Origin: an uncultured Planctomycetales bacterium
GTDB lineage: Bacteria > Omnitrophota > Gorgyraeia > Zapsychrales > JAHFFX01
Assembly (NCBI GenBank): GCA_964612665.1
Contig: CAZTCI010000004.1
Span: 270,376 to 334,375 of the forward strand
Length of the DNA stretch: 64,000 nt
Direction: 5' to 3'
The translations under genes were made by a program, and so were the position numbers. Positions 8,881-18,750 of this stretch are shown one piece after another. The notes under the pieces were generated by a model, which saw only the letters and a program-made list of their open reading frames with translations, ran no database searches and was not told the DNA's origin. The first letter of the stretch is position 1. The number at the start of each line of letters is the position of its first letter.

Positions 8881-9567
8881 ATGAATAAAAATGCGCAGAA
8901 AATTGTCATTGCGGGTCTTTTGATTGGATCGACTTTGATTTTTTATATGACAGCGATTCATTTTAAAAAGAAGTCAGCAAAATTAATTCCTGAAAACACT
9001 CGGGCTCTTTTGAAGTCGGCCCTTGTGAATTTGCATAATCAAAATAAACAGCAGGCTTTGAGGGACTTGGAGCAGGCTTTAAAAATAAGTCCTGACAGCG
9101 ATGAGATAAACCATTTTTTAGGAATGATTTATTATCAGGAAGGAAATTTTGCGCAGAGCTATCCATTTTTTCAGACCGCTTATGCGCATAACCCAGATGA
9201 CATCGACAATCTTCTCTATTTGGCGCTGACAACTTTTTTGGCCAAAAGCCAAGCGGAAGGTGAAAAACTTTTTGATAAGGCGATTGCTGAATCACCTAAT
9301 GACAGTTTTGCAGTCCGATTCATCGCTGCCGAATTATATGGACATGGCCATCCTAACGAAGCGCTCAGCTACTTAAATCCAGGCGCACAGTTTTTTGACA
9401 AAGATGCTGAGACCTGGATTCTTTTAGGGAAGATGTACGCGAATCTAGGTCAATATACCAAAGCCATACAATGCTGGCATTACGTGCTGACTTTTGCACC
9501 AGATCAAAAAGAAGTGCATCAATTACTCGCAGAAAATAAAGACCGTCCTGTTGTCCTAAATTATTAA
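8881..9567 (+). CDS. Membrane-anchored TPR-repeat protein
   Basis: N-terminal TM helix, then TPR-like repeats (ALRDLEQALKISPDSDEINHFLGMIYYQEGNF...). Confidence 0.4.
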   Translation: MNKNAQKIVIAGLLIGSTLIFYMTAIHFKKKSAKLIPENTRALLKSALVNLHNQNKQQALRDLEQALKISPDSDEINHFLGMIYYQEGNFAQSYPFFQTAYAHNPDDIDNLLYLALTTFLAKSQAEGEKLFDKAIAESPNDSFAVRFIAAELYGHGHPNEALSYLNPGAQFFDKDAETWILLGKMYANLGQYTKAIQCWHYVLTFAPDQKEVHQLLAENKDRPVVLNY

Positions 9568-9644
9568 ACGTATTTTTACGGCTTATGTTATAATGTCCCT
9601 CCATCAGTTTTGTTCTCGAGGGAAAAAGGCACGCACAGAAAATT

Positions 9645-10737
9645 ATGATAGACACAATTAAGAAGCAAATTGATCTTTTAGAGGCGAAGTTAGAGCACCT
9701 CAGGGGGTTTCTTTGACCTGCCCAAGAAAATAGAAACTATCGCGGTCATTCAGGCTAAAATGAATGAATCTTCTTTTTGGGATGACTCAGCGAAAGCCAA
9801 TAAAGCCATGCAGGACTTGAAGGCGCTTAAATCTTTAGTTGAACCTTTTGAAAGCAACACCAAGAAAGTTTTAGAATTAAAAGAACTCATTGATCTTTCT
9901 GATATTGAGCCTGAATTTGTTTCGCAAATCGAAGAAGAAGTAAAGATTTTAGAAAAAGAAATCGGCCAGCTCGAAATCCAAACGATTTTAGCTGGACCGT
10001 TTGACCGCAACCACGCGCTGTTGAGCATAAATGCCGGCGCTGGCGGGACCGAATCCTGCGACTGGGCGCAAATGCTCTTGCGAATGTATACGCGTTTTGC
10101 GGAGCAGAAAAACTTTAAAGTGAAAGCGCTCGACGTACTGCAAGGCGAAGAAGCCGGCATCAAAAACGCCACGATCCGTATTGAAGGCCCGATGGCGTAC
10201 GGTTTATTGAAAAGCGAAAAAGGTGTTCACCGTTTGGTGCGCATCTCGCCGTTTGACGCGAATAAAAGACGGCACACGTCGTTTGCTTCCGTCGATGTCA
10301 TTCCGGAAATTGAAGATGATATCGAAGTTGAAATCAAACCGGATGATTTGCGCATTGATGTCTATCGTTCTTCCGGGCCGGGCGGTCAGAGTGTTAATAC
10401 GACTGATTCAGCCGTACGCATTACGCATATTCCAACGGGAATCGTTGTTCAATGTCAAAACGAACGTTCTCAATTACAAAACCGCCAAACCGCGATGAAA
10501 GTTTTGCGCGCCAAACTCTATGAGCTTAAAACCAAAGAGCAAGAAGAGCGGATGCAAAGCGAGTATGGTGCGAAACAAAAAATTGAGTGGGGCAGCCAAA
10601 TCCGCTCTTATGTTCTTTTTCCTTATCAATTAGTCAAAGATCACCGCACCTACGTTGAAACCTCGCAGGTTGAAAGTGTGTTGGACGGTGATCTGGATTT
10701 GTTTATTGAGGCGTTTCTTAAAAGAAAACCTGCATAA
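9645..10737 (+). CDS. prfB: Peptide chain release factor 2, with programmed +1 ribosomal frameshift at CTT TGA C (9711-9717)
   Basis: A frame-0 ORF from the ATG at 9645 encodes MIDTIKKQIDLLEAKLEHLRGFL, then an in-frame TGA at 9714. This is preceded by a Shine-Dalgarno-like AGGGGG and followed by C, the classic RF2 shift cassette. The +1 frame continues into the 9760 ORF, which carries SPFDANKRRHTSFA and the GGQ motif. Confidence 0.85.
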
Positions 10738-10740
10738 GCC

Positions 10741-10810
10741 ACAGGCTACAAGCTTCAGGCCGCATTCGGAAAGTAGTCTATTGTAGTTTGAAGCCTGAGA
10801 CACTGAAGCC
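10741..10810. repeat. REP-like intergenic palindromic element, copy 2 (ggctacaagcttcaggcc ... ttgtagtttgaagcctgag)
   Basis: Shares ttgtagtttg and ggcctg(t/a)agcttg(c/t)ag(g)cc with the element at 7667-7703. Confidence 0.45.
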
Positions 10811-10834
10811 ATAAAGGAATTTCAAAAAGGAACC

Positions 10835-13834
10835 ATGATCGACTTCATCATTCGAAAACCAATCGTTCAAAGTGCCCAGGGATTTGTTAACGGATTAAAT
10901 CCCAAGGTTAAAATTCATATCCCGCCAGATTTACCTTTACCATCGGTAGGTATCATCAAACGCATGGCCGCGGTTGTTTCGCGCATTAACGCGTTAGAAC
11001 CTACAATTAGCGCGATGACCGACGAGCAATTGCGCGCCAAGACTCCTGAATTCAAAATAAAAATCAAACAAACGCTTGATCCTTTACGTGAAGAAATTTC
11101 CCGCGTCGAAAAATCGCTCAACGAAGCCGCGACCAATGAGGAACGCGATCCACTTTTAAACGAACTCACCAGCCTCAAAGAAAATTTTAAGAAAACCCGC
11201 CAGGCTGTTCTTGATGAAACTCTTCCTGAAGCTTTCGCGGTTGTCCGCGAAGTCGGCAAACGGATTTTAAACATGCGGCATTTCGATGTTCAAATGGTTG
11301 GCGGCATGGTGCTTCATGAAGGGAAAATCGCCGAAATGACGACAGGTGAAGGTAAGACGTTGGTCGCAACCCTTCCTGCCTATCTTAACGCTTTAACCGG
11401 AAGCGGCGTGCATGTTGTTACGGTCAACGATTATTTGGCCAAACGCGACCGCCAATGGATGGGGCCGGTTTACGAATTTTTGGGACTTTCCGTCGGTGTC
11501 ATTCAACATGACATGAATGCCGAAGCCCGTCAGCAGGCTTATGGTTGTGATATCACTTACGGGACGAACAATGAGTTCGGGTTTGATTATCTGCGCGACA
11601 ACATGGTGAACTTTAGAGAAGAAATGGTCCAGCGGGGACATCATTTCGCGATTGTGGATGAGGTCGACAGTATTTTGATTGATGAAGCCCGGACGCCGCT
11701 CATTATTTCCGGTCCGGCGGAAGAATCCACCGATAAATATTACCGAGCCAATGATATTGTCCGGCAGCTTAAAGGCCGTCGGGTCACGGACAAAGAAGAG
11801 ATCGACGCCAAATACCGCAATGAAGATCTGGGCAAAGGTTTTGATTATGTTGCGGATGAAAAAGCGAAGTCCGTTTCTTTAACGGAAGACGGCGAGCATA
11901 AAGCCGCCCGGCTTTTTGGCATCGATAATCTTCATGAAATGGAAACGGTTGAATACCGTCATCACGTTTTGCAGGCGCTGCGCGCCAAAGAATTTTTTAA
12001 ATTGGATGTCGATTACGTGATCCGCGACGGGCATGTGATTATCGTCGATGAGTTTACCGGCCGCATGATGCCAGGCCGCCGCTGGTCCGATGGTTTACAT
12101 CAAGCGGTCGAAGCCAAAGAAGGCATAAAAATTGAACGCGAAAATCAAACGCTCGCCACGATCACCTTTCAAAATTATTTTAGAATGTATGAAAAACTCG
12201 CCGGGATGACCGGTACCGCTTACACTGAAGCGAATGAGTTTAAACAAATTTATAATTTAGACTGCGTTGTGATTCCCACCAACCGCCCGCTTAGCCGCAT
12301 CAACAATTCCGATTGCGTTTATAAAAGCGTGCGCGAAAAATTTAACGCGGTCGTTGAAGAGATTTCTCAGCTCAATCAAAAAGGTCAGCCTGTTCTCGTC
12401 GGTACAATCTCGATTGAGAAATCCGAACTGCTTTCCCGACTTTTGAAAGCCAAAGGCATTCCTCACCAAGTATTAAACGCCAAATATCATGACCTCGAAG
12501 CCCATATCATCGCCCAAGCTGGACGACACAAAGCGGTCACCATCGCCACCAACATGGCCGGCCGCGGTACAGATATTATGCTGGGCGGTAATGCCGAACA
12601 TCTGGCCAAGAATCTGGTTGAACAAAAAGCCAAAGAGTCTTCCGACTCGCCTAACGTTTCTTCACCCGACGAGCAAATCGCTAAATTTATTCAACAATTT
12701 AAAGTCCAGGTGGATGAAGAACACAAAAAAGTAGTTCAAGTCGGTGGGTTGCATGTCTTGGGTACGGAACGTCACGAATCTCGTCGGATCGACAACCAGT
12801 TGCGTGGGCGTTCGGGCCGTCAGGGCGATCCCGGCTCATCGCGTTTTTATGTTTCACTGGAAGATGATTTGATGCGGTTATTTGCTTCTGACCGGATTGT
12901 CAGCATCATGGATAAACTTGGTATGGAAGAAGGCCAGGTCATTGAACATCCGCTCGTCACGCGGGCGATTGAAGTTGCGCAAAAGCGCGTCGAGGCGCAC
13001 AACTTTGAAATCCGTAAACAGCTTTTGGAATACGATAATGTCATGAACAAACAGCGCGAGGCCATTTATAGTCTGCGCAAAAATGTTTTGGAATCGGATA
13101 ACGTCAAGCCGCGGATTTTGGAAGCGTTTGAAGAAACCATCGTCCAAAATGTTCAGCTGTTTATGAATACAACCGTCGAGGAAGGCGGGTGGGACGCGCC
13201 CGGGCTGATTGAATTCTTGAAAACCAAATTTAATTTAGATTTGCAGTTGAATCCAGATCAACTTCGGGAAGCCAAACAAGAAGAGCTGGTTGAAATTATT
13301 TTAAAAGCACTCAACGAACTTTATGATCAAAAAGAAAAAGAGATGGATCCCAAAGAATTGCGGTTCCTGGAGCGCATGATTCTTTTGCATACGATTGATT
13401 CCAAATGGAAAGATCATCTGTACGCGATGGATCAATTGAAAGACGGCATCAGCCTGCGGGCGTTTGCGCAGCGTGATCCGTTGATCGAATATAAACGCGA
13501 AGGGTTTTCGATGTTTACTTTGATGTATGAATCGATTTCGCAGGAAGTCGCTGAAACGATCTTCCGAGTGCAAGGAACGAAGAAACCAGAAATGATGAAA
13601 GGCGTTTTTAGTTCTTTGCCGCAGCAGTTGGTCCATAATGAATTTACCAGCCTTCCCGCTGGCGGCGCACCGGTTGCTCCCGCTTCCGTTGGAGAAATGA
13701 TCCGCCCGCGTCCTCAAGAACCTGCAGAAACCCCTGCCGCTAAACCCTATCAAAAAGAAGGCCCCAAAGTCGGACGAAACGATCCGTGCCCTTGCGGCAG
13801 CGGCAAAAAATATAAAAAATGTTGCGGTCAGTAA
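10835..13834 (+). CDS. secA: Preprotein translocase ATPase SecA
   Basis: INALEPTISAMTDEQLRAKT. DEAD-like motor motifs. C-terminal zinc-binding tail CPCGSGKKYKKCCG. The N-terminus is about 20 aa longer than usual, so the true start may be internal. Confidence 0.9.
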   Translation: MIDFIIRKPIVQSAQGFVNGLNPKVKIHIPPDLPLPSVGIIKRMAAVVSRINALEPTISAMTDEQLRAKTPEFKIKIKQTLDPLREEISRVEKSLNEAATNEERDPLLNELTSLKENFKKTRQAVLDETLPEAFAVVREVGKRILNMRHFDVQMVGGMVLHEGKIAEMTTGEGKTLVATLPAYLNALTGSGVHVVTVNDYLAKRDRQWMGPVYEFLGLSVGVIQHDMNAEARQQAYGCDITYGTNNEFGFDYLRDNMVNFREEMVQRGHHFAIVDEVDSILIDEARTPLIISGPAEESTDKYYRANDIVRQLKGRRVTDKEEIDAKYRNEDLGKGFDYVADEKAKSVSLTEDGEHKAARLFGIDNLHEMETVEYRHHVLQALRAKEFFKLDVDYVIRDGHVIIVDEFTGRMMPGRRWSDGLHQAVEAKEGIKIERENQTLATITFQNYFRMYEKLAGMTGTAYTEANEFKQIYNLDCVVIPTNRPLSRINNSDCVYKSVREKFNAVVEEISQLNQKGQPVLVGTISIEKSELLSRLLKAKGIPHQVLNAKYHDLEAHIIAQAGRHKAVTIATNMAGRGTDIMLGGNAEHLAKNLVEQKAKESSDSPNVSSPDEQIAKFIQQFKVQVDEEHKKVVQVGGLHVLGTERHESRRIDNQLRGRSGRQGDPGSSRFYVSLEDDLMRLFASDRIVSIMDKLGMEEGQVIEHPLVTRAIEVAQKRVEAHNFEIRKQLLEYDNVMNKQREAIYSLRKNVLESDNVKPRILEAFEETIVQNVQLFMNTTVEEGGWDAPGLIEFLKTKFNLDLQLNPDQLREAKQEELVEIILKALNELYDQKEKEMDPKELRFLERMILLHTIDSKWKDHLYAMDQLKDGISLRAFAQRDPLIEYKREGFSMFTLMYESISQEVAETIFRVQGTKKPEMMKGVFSSLPQQLVHNEFTSLPAGGAPVAPASVGEMIRPRPQEPAETPAAKPYQKEGPKVGRNDPCPCGSGKKYKKCCGQ

Positions 13835-15354
13835 AAACAGCTGGGCTGTGTTTCCTAACGCCCCTGCTTTTAATTCTTTCTTTTCCGTTGTGGGACTGGT
13901 GGCTGTGCGTATGGATAGCCTTGGTCCCACTTTTTTTTGTGCTCGACGGAAAATCAGGCCGTGCCGCTTTTGGCTGGGGTTATTTATGCGGGCTTATTTT
14001 TTTTGGCGGAACACTTTGGTGGTTTGTCCATGTTACGCTGCCGGGCGCCGTTCTTTTAATCATGTATCTGGCCGTTTATTTTGGATTATTCGGCTGGGGC
14101 TATGCGCTGTTTTCTCGTCATAAATTGCTTTTAAAATTATTTTTGCTGCCGTGTCTTTGGGTTGTGTTGGAATATACTAGGGCAAATTTTTTGACAGGTT
14201 TTGGCTGGGTCTGCTTGGGGCATTCGCAGTATAAAAATCTCGCCATGATTCAAATCGCTGATATCACGGGTGTCTATGGCGTTTCGTTTTTAATTGTACT
14301 GGTGAACTTTTTTATAAAGAAGGCCGTTGAAATTTTTTGGCTTAAGCGCGAGCAAATTTCGCGTGAATTTATGTTTGCGAGTCTGTGGGTTTTTAAAATA
14401 ACGGCTTTATGTTTTTTGTATGGTTTGATTTGTTTGTTTTTTACGAAGACAGAGCCGGGACTTACCGTCGCTGTTATTCAAGCGAATATCGCCCAGTCCG
14501 ATAAATGGGAACCCAGCCAGTGGCCCGCCATCATGGAAAAATATATGCGGTTAACGAGAGAGGCCGCCCGTCAAAAGCCTGATGTGATCATTTGGCCTGA
14601 GACCGCTTTCCCGGGATTTGAGTGGCAGGCGCCGGAGCTTTTTTCCAACTTAAAAGATATGGTGCGTGACATTAAGATCCCGCTCATCTTTGGGCTGGTA
14701 ACGACGGGAGAAGGGCAATATTACAATTCCGCGCTTTTAATGTCTAAAGAAGGCGAGAAGGTACAGCAATACGATAAATTGCATTTGGTTCCTTTTGGTG
14801 AATATGTCCCTTTGCGCAAAGTTTTTCCTTTTTTATCTGACATCGTTCCAATTGGTGACTTCAACGAAGGGAAGGAACATACTATTTTTAATGTAACTCC
14901 GGCGAATGAAACTCAAGCTTACCGTTTGGCGCTTTTAATTTGTTTTGAAGACACGTTGCCTTATATCGCCAGGGATTTTGTTAGGCTCGGTACCAATATT
15001 TTGGTTAATATTACAAACGACGCCTGGTTTTTGGATACGGCGGCGCCGTTTATGCATTTGCAGGCGGCGGTTTTTCGTACGATTGAAAACCGGCGCAGTT
15101 TGGTGCGCGCCGCTAACACCGGCGTGAGCGCTTTTATTGATCCTTTAGGAAAAATTCGGCAGACATTTCATAATACAGCTGGGAAAATGACTTTCATTGA
15201 AGGCTCAGCAATCGGACGTCTTCAAATCAGCCAACAAAATACCGTCTACACAAAATTGGGAGATATTTTTACATATCTTTGTTTTGGAGGTATACTAGTC
15301 GCGCTGTTATTCACGGCGAATAAGAAATTTTTCGTGGGTAAACGTTTGCATTAG
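13819..15354 (+). CDS. lnt: Apolipoprotein N-acyltransferase (Lnt)
   Basis: N-terminal polytopic membrane region plus C-terminal CN-hydrolase domain (IWPETAFP, YDKLHLVPFGEYVP). Confidence 0.75.
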   Translation: MLRSVKTAGLCFLTPLLLILSFPLWDWWLCVWIALVPLFFVLDGKSGRAAFGWGYLCGLIFFGGTLWWFVHVTLPGAVLLIMYLAVYFGLFGWGYALFSRHKLLLKLFLLPCLWVVLEYTRANFLTGFGWVCLGHSQYKNLAMIQIADITGVYGVSFLIVLVNFFIKKAVEIFWLKREQISREFMFASLWVFKITALCFLYGLICLFFTKTEPGLTVAVIQANIAQSDKWEPSQWPAIMEKYMRLTREAARQKPDVIIWPETAFPGFEWQAPELFSNLKDMVRDIKIPLIFGLVTTGEGQYYNSALLMSKEGEKVQQYDKLHLVPFGEYVPLRKVFPFLSDIVPIGDFNEGKEHTIFNVTPANETQAYRLALLICFEDTLPYIARDFVRLGTNILVNITNDAWFLDTAAPFMHLQAAVFRTIENRRSLVRAANTGVSAFIDPLGKIRQTFHNTAGKMTFIEGSAIGRLQISQQNTVYTKLGDIFTYLCFGGILVALLFTANKKFFVGKRLH

Positions 15355-15390
15355 GGCTTGAGAATTAAATGCTTTTCTTAATAATTATTA

Positions 15391-15873
15391 ATGAAGGAAA
15401 TAGCTATGCCCCAAAAATCCAAACGCACATCGCACAAAAAGACATCAACTTCAAAGACTAAGCTGAATAAATGGAACAGGAGGTTAACGATGCACAATTC
15501 CCTCGGCAAAAAAATTTTAATTGTCGACGATGATAAAACACTTTTGAAAATGGTCAGATCCGGTCTCATGTTTAACGGGTTTGATGTGGTGACGGCAGAG
15601 ACAGGTGAAGAAGGTATCAAGTTAGCCGCCGCCGAAGACCCGGATTTAATCATCCTTGATGTCATCTTGCCGGGATTAAAAGGCCGGGAAGTCTGCGCGC
15701 AGCTTAAAGAAGAAGCGAAAACCAAGACGATCCCAGTGATTTTTTTGACCTCCAAGAATTCTCCAGATGATGTTCAAGCCGAAATGGCTGCCGGAGGTAT
15801 TATGCATATCACCAAACCGGTTAATATGCCAAAGCTGGTCGAGGAAGTTAAGAAAATATTAAAGGTATCATAA
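15391..15873 (+). CDS. Single-domain response regulator (CheY-like receiver) with Lys-rich N-terminal extension
   Basis: KKILIVDDDKTLLKMV...DLIILDVILPGLKGREV. Conserved receiver Asp and Lys positions are present. No output domain. Confidence 0.65.
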   Translation: MKEIAMPQKSKRTSHKKTSTSKTKLNKWNRRLTMHNSLGKKILIVDDDKTLLKMVRSGLMFNGFDVVTAETGEEGIKLAAAEDPDLIILDVILPGLKGREVCAQLKEEAKTKTIPVIFLTSKNSPDDVQAEMAAGGIMHITKPVNMPKLVEEVKKILKVS

Positions 15874-16019
15874 AGAAAACCTCATGAAAGCATTTACCTG
15901 TTTTAAATTCTAAGCGCTAAATTCAAAACAAATCTAAATTGCAAATCCCAATGTTCGAACCAACCGTTTGAAATTAAATATCCATTTAAAATTTAGGATG
16001 TCGTTCCTTAAAGGCCTAA

Positions 16020-16970
16020 TTGACTATGACCAATGAAGAAAGAATCAAAATATTTAAACGTTCACTCGCCCGCCGGGGTTTATATACTTCATCGTGGGTA
16101 CTAGACCGTTTGCCGTACGGCGCAATGCGTACTTTTTCTAATATTCTGCTCAACATAGGATTTCGTTTCACAATTAAACAAAAGCGACTCGCTCAAGAAA
16201 GTCTCCACATCGCTTTTGGGCAGGAGAAGTCCCCGAAAGAAATCGACGAAATTATCCGCCGTTGTTTTGATAATCTGGGCCGCGGCATGATAGAGCTTCT
16301 TTATTTTATGTCCCGGCCGAAGCTTGTGGCGCAAAAGGTTTCTTTTGAAGGCCGCCATCATTTGGACGCCGCCATTAAAAAAGGAAATGGGGTGATCGCT
16401 GTCACCGCGCATTTCGGTAATTTTCCTTTAATGATGCTTGTCTGTGCGCGGGAAGGTTATAAAACTAACGCCATTATTCGTCCGACGAGAGATCAGGACT
16501 TGGAAAAATTTTTGCTTCAAAAAAGAACAGTAGCCGGATTAAAAACCATTTATGCTATTCCCCGTAAACAATGCGTTGCTCAATCCTTGAAAGTTTTGCG
16601 CAACAAAGAACTTCTTTTTATTCCTTTGGATCAAAACTTCGGCAGTGACGGTGGCGTTTTTGTAGATTTTTTTGGTCAGCAGGCCGCGACCGCGACCGGT
16701 CCAATTGTCATGGCTCGACGGACTCAGTCGGTTATTTTACCAATGTTTATTATCCGTGATAAAGACGATCATCACACAATTATCATTGAGCCGCCTTTTG
16801 AAATTGAGGAAAAGTCTTCAGAAGACGAAACTATTCAATTTAATATTGCTAAAATTACCAAGCTAATCGAAAATTATATCCGCCGTCATCCGCACGAATG
16901 GGGATGGATGCATCGTCGCTGGAAAAGCCGCCCGGCCGGAGACACCCAAACTCAAATCGTCCATGCCTAA
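16020..16970 (+). CDS. Lipid A biosynthesis lauroyl/myristoyl acyltransferase (LpxL/HtrB family)
   Basis: Family length about 310 aa. C-terminal HPHEWGWMHRRWK resembles the LpxL PEQYLWxHRRFK motif. Has the acyltransferase HX4D context. Confidence 0.65.
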   Translation: MTMTNEERIKIFKRSLARRGLYTSSWVLDRLPYGAMRTFSNILLNIGFRFTIKQKRLAQESLHIAFGQEKSPKEIDEIIRRCFDNLGRGMIELLYFMSRPKLVAQKVSFEGRHHLDAAIKKGNGVIAVTAHFGNFPLMMLVCAREGYKTNAIIRPTRDQDLEKFLLQKRTVAGLKTIYAIPRKQCVAQSLKVLRNKELLFIPLDQNFGSDGGVFVDFFGQQAATATGPIVMARRTQSVILPMFIIRDKDDHHTIIIEPPFEIEEKSSEDETIQFNIAKITKLIENYIRRHPHEWGWMHRRWKSRPAGDTQTQIVHA

Positions 16971-17130
16971 AAAATTAATTTTATTTATCACGGGAACATT
17001 TTTGCTCATCACAGGGATTACTCTTGTTTTAAAGGAATGGGAATATGTGGTTGGGTTTTTTAAAGGCGTCGGGGGGATGGCGCTGGCGGTTGTGGGGCTG
17101 GTTGTTTTGATGTTTATTAAAAGTGATTAA
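16963..17130 (+). CDS. Small hypothetical two-TM membrane protein (55 aa), not in the ORF track
   Basis: ATG overlaps the lpxL stop. Encodes MPKKLILFITGTFLLITGITLVLKEWEYVVGFFKGVGGMALAVVGLVVLMFIKSD. Speculative call. Confidence 0.3.
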   Translation: MPKKLILFITGTFLLITGITLVLKEWEYVVGFFKGVGGMALAVVGLVVLMFIKSD

Positions 17131-17225
17131 TCGTTGTTCGTCGTTCGTTTTTCGTGGGATTCGTATTTTAATTTTTCTAAAAACGTAAAGAACGAATTCC
17201 ACGAAAAACGAACGACGAACGACAA
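17131..17225. repeat. Long near-perfect hairpin (about 28-bp stem, core ttcgtcgttcgtttttcgtgg / ccacgaaaaacgaacgacgaa, about 24-nt AT loop)
   Basis: Read from sequence. The left arm (17137-17157) is the exact reverse complement of 17199-17219. Additional flanking pairs exist. A related hairpin lies at 25008-25048. Confidence 0.75.
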
Positions 17226-17236
17226 TAAAGTTACCT

Positions 17237-17830
17237 ATGCTAGCTAAATTACGACGCTATTTCATCTCAGGGCTGATTGTCTTTCTGCCGTTGGCCTTAA
17301 CAATTAATCTTTTTATCTTAACAATCCAATTTGCCGACGGAATTTTGGGCCGGTATATTCAGCCTTATTTTTCACGTGAGTTTGGTTTTTATTTCCGCGG
17401 GTTAAGTATTCTTATCGCGGTTTTTATCATTTTGATAATGGGTGTGATTGTGACCAATTTTGGTCAGTCATTTTTCGCCCGCCTTGAACGATTTCTGCTC
17501 ACACTTCCCTTTTTTAAACAGGTTTATCCGGCCATCAAAGAGATGGCGGTTTTTCTGTTCAGCCGTGAAAAAATTACTTTTCAAAAAGTGGTTTTGATTG
17601 AATATCCTCGCAAAGGCGCTTACTCGATTGGGTTTTTAACCAATGATTCTCCGGCCAAGATAAATGCAAAGTTAAACCAAGAATTATGTAATGTATTTGT
17701 GCCCAGCACCCCGAGCCCGGTCACGGGATTTTTGGTTTTAGTTAATAAGAGTGAACTGATTTTCCCTGAGATCACTATTGAAGAAGCCCTGAAAATGGTT
17801 GTCTCCGGCGGAGTTATTGCACCGGCGTAA
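17237..17830 (+). CDS. DUF502-family membrane protein
   Basis: N-terminus FISGLIVFLPLALTINLFILTIQFADGIL is typical of the DUF502 (COG2928) family. Confidence 0.55.
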   Translation: MLAKLRRYFISGLIVFLPLALTINLFILTIQFADGILGRYIQPYFSREFGFYFRGLSILIAVFIILIMGVIVTNFGQSFFARLERFLLTLPFFKQVYPAIKEMAVFLFSREKITFQKVVLIEYPRKGAYSIGFLTNDSPAKINAKLNQELCNVFVPSTPSPVTGFLVLVNKSELIFPEITIEEALKMVVSGGVIAPA

Positions 17831-17859
17831 CAGTTCTTCGAGAGAAGAAAATTTTTTCA

Positions 17860-18525
17860 ATGAAATTGAAGCCTGCTTATCACCCCAAATTGCAATTGAT
17901 TATCTTTGATTTAGACGGAACTTTGGTCGATGCTTATCCAGCGGTCGCAAGCAGTGTGAATTTTACATTACAGGCGCTGGGTTTTGTGAAGAAAGATAAA
18001 GAGACAATCCGCCGCGCGGTAGGCTGGGGCGACCGGCAGCTGCTGACCACGTTTGTCGGTGAAAAGCTTGTCGACAAAGCTTTGAAAATTTACCGGCGCC
18101 ATCACGCGCAGGCGCTTAAAACCGGTACGCATTTTTTGCCCGGGGCTTTAAAAGTTTTAAAGACGCTTAAAAAACAGAAGTACAAACTCGCGATTGCCAG
18201 CAACCGTCCGACGCGATACACGCTGATTATTTTAAAGATTTTAGAAATCCGAGATTATTTTAATTACGTATTGTGTGCGGATAAATTAAAAAAAGGTAAA
18301 CCTGACCCGCAAATCCTTCTGAAAATTTTAGAACGAATGAAGGTGCCGGCTGACGAGGCCTTGTATGCAGGTGATATGACAATCGATGTCCAGACGGGAA
18401 AAAGGGCTAAGGTTAAGACAGTGGCAGTCACGACGGGTTCGAGTGAGTTCCAGGAACTAAATGCATTAAAACCGCTTTGTATTATTCCGCGCATCGATGA
18501 TTTAATAAAGGTCATCAAAAAGTAA
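17860..18525 (+). CDS. HAD-superfamily hydrolase (phosphoglycolate phosphatase-like)
   Basis: Motif I IIFDLDGTLVD. Motif IV at the C-terminus GDMTIDVQTGKRA. Confidence 0.65.
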   Translation: MKLKPAYHPKLQLIIFDLDGTLVDAYPAVASSVNFTLQALGFVKKDKETIRRAVGWGDRQLLTTFVGEKLVDKALKIYRRHHAQALKTGTHFLPGALKVLKTLKKQKYKLAIASNRPTRYTLIILKILEIRDYFNYVLCADKLKKGKPDPQILLKILERMKVPADEALYAGDMTIDVQTGKRAKVKTVAVTTGSSEFQELNALKPLCIIPRIDDLIKVIKK

Positions 18526-18567
18526 ACCTGTTAAGTTATAATTTGATTTCAAAAAAAGGAGACGACG

Positions 18568-18648
18568 ATGAGTAAAAGAAAAAGAAGAGGAAAATTAAAC
18601 TGGCGTTCGAAAAAAGCCAACCATGGCAAAGCGCCGGCACGAGGTTAG
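18568..18648 (+). CDS. 26-aa highly basic peptide, possible ribosomal protein bTHX-like
   Basis: Strong Shine-Dalgarno AAAGGAG 7 nt upstream. Peptide MSKRKRRGKLNWRSKKANHGKAPARG resembles Thx (..[20 protein letters not shown]). Too short to be in the ORF track. Confidence 0.3.
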   Translation: MSKRKRRGKLNWRSKKANHGKAPARG

Positions 18649-18750
18649 TGAGCGCATTCTTTCCTCCGTAAAGGAATAAGACGGGGTAAAGAGAAGCGCG
18701 AATTAAGGTTAAATTTCCCTAACTCGCTCGTAGGGTTAAGCATTCTAATT

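Noticed and set aside
13301-13930. 209-aa antisense ORF inside the secA 3' end and lnt 5' end
   Set aside because: Fully antisense to two well-supported genes. Low-complexity composition.
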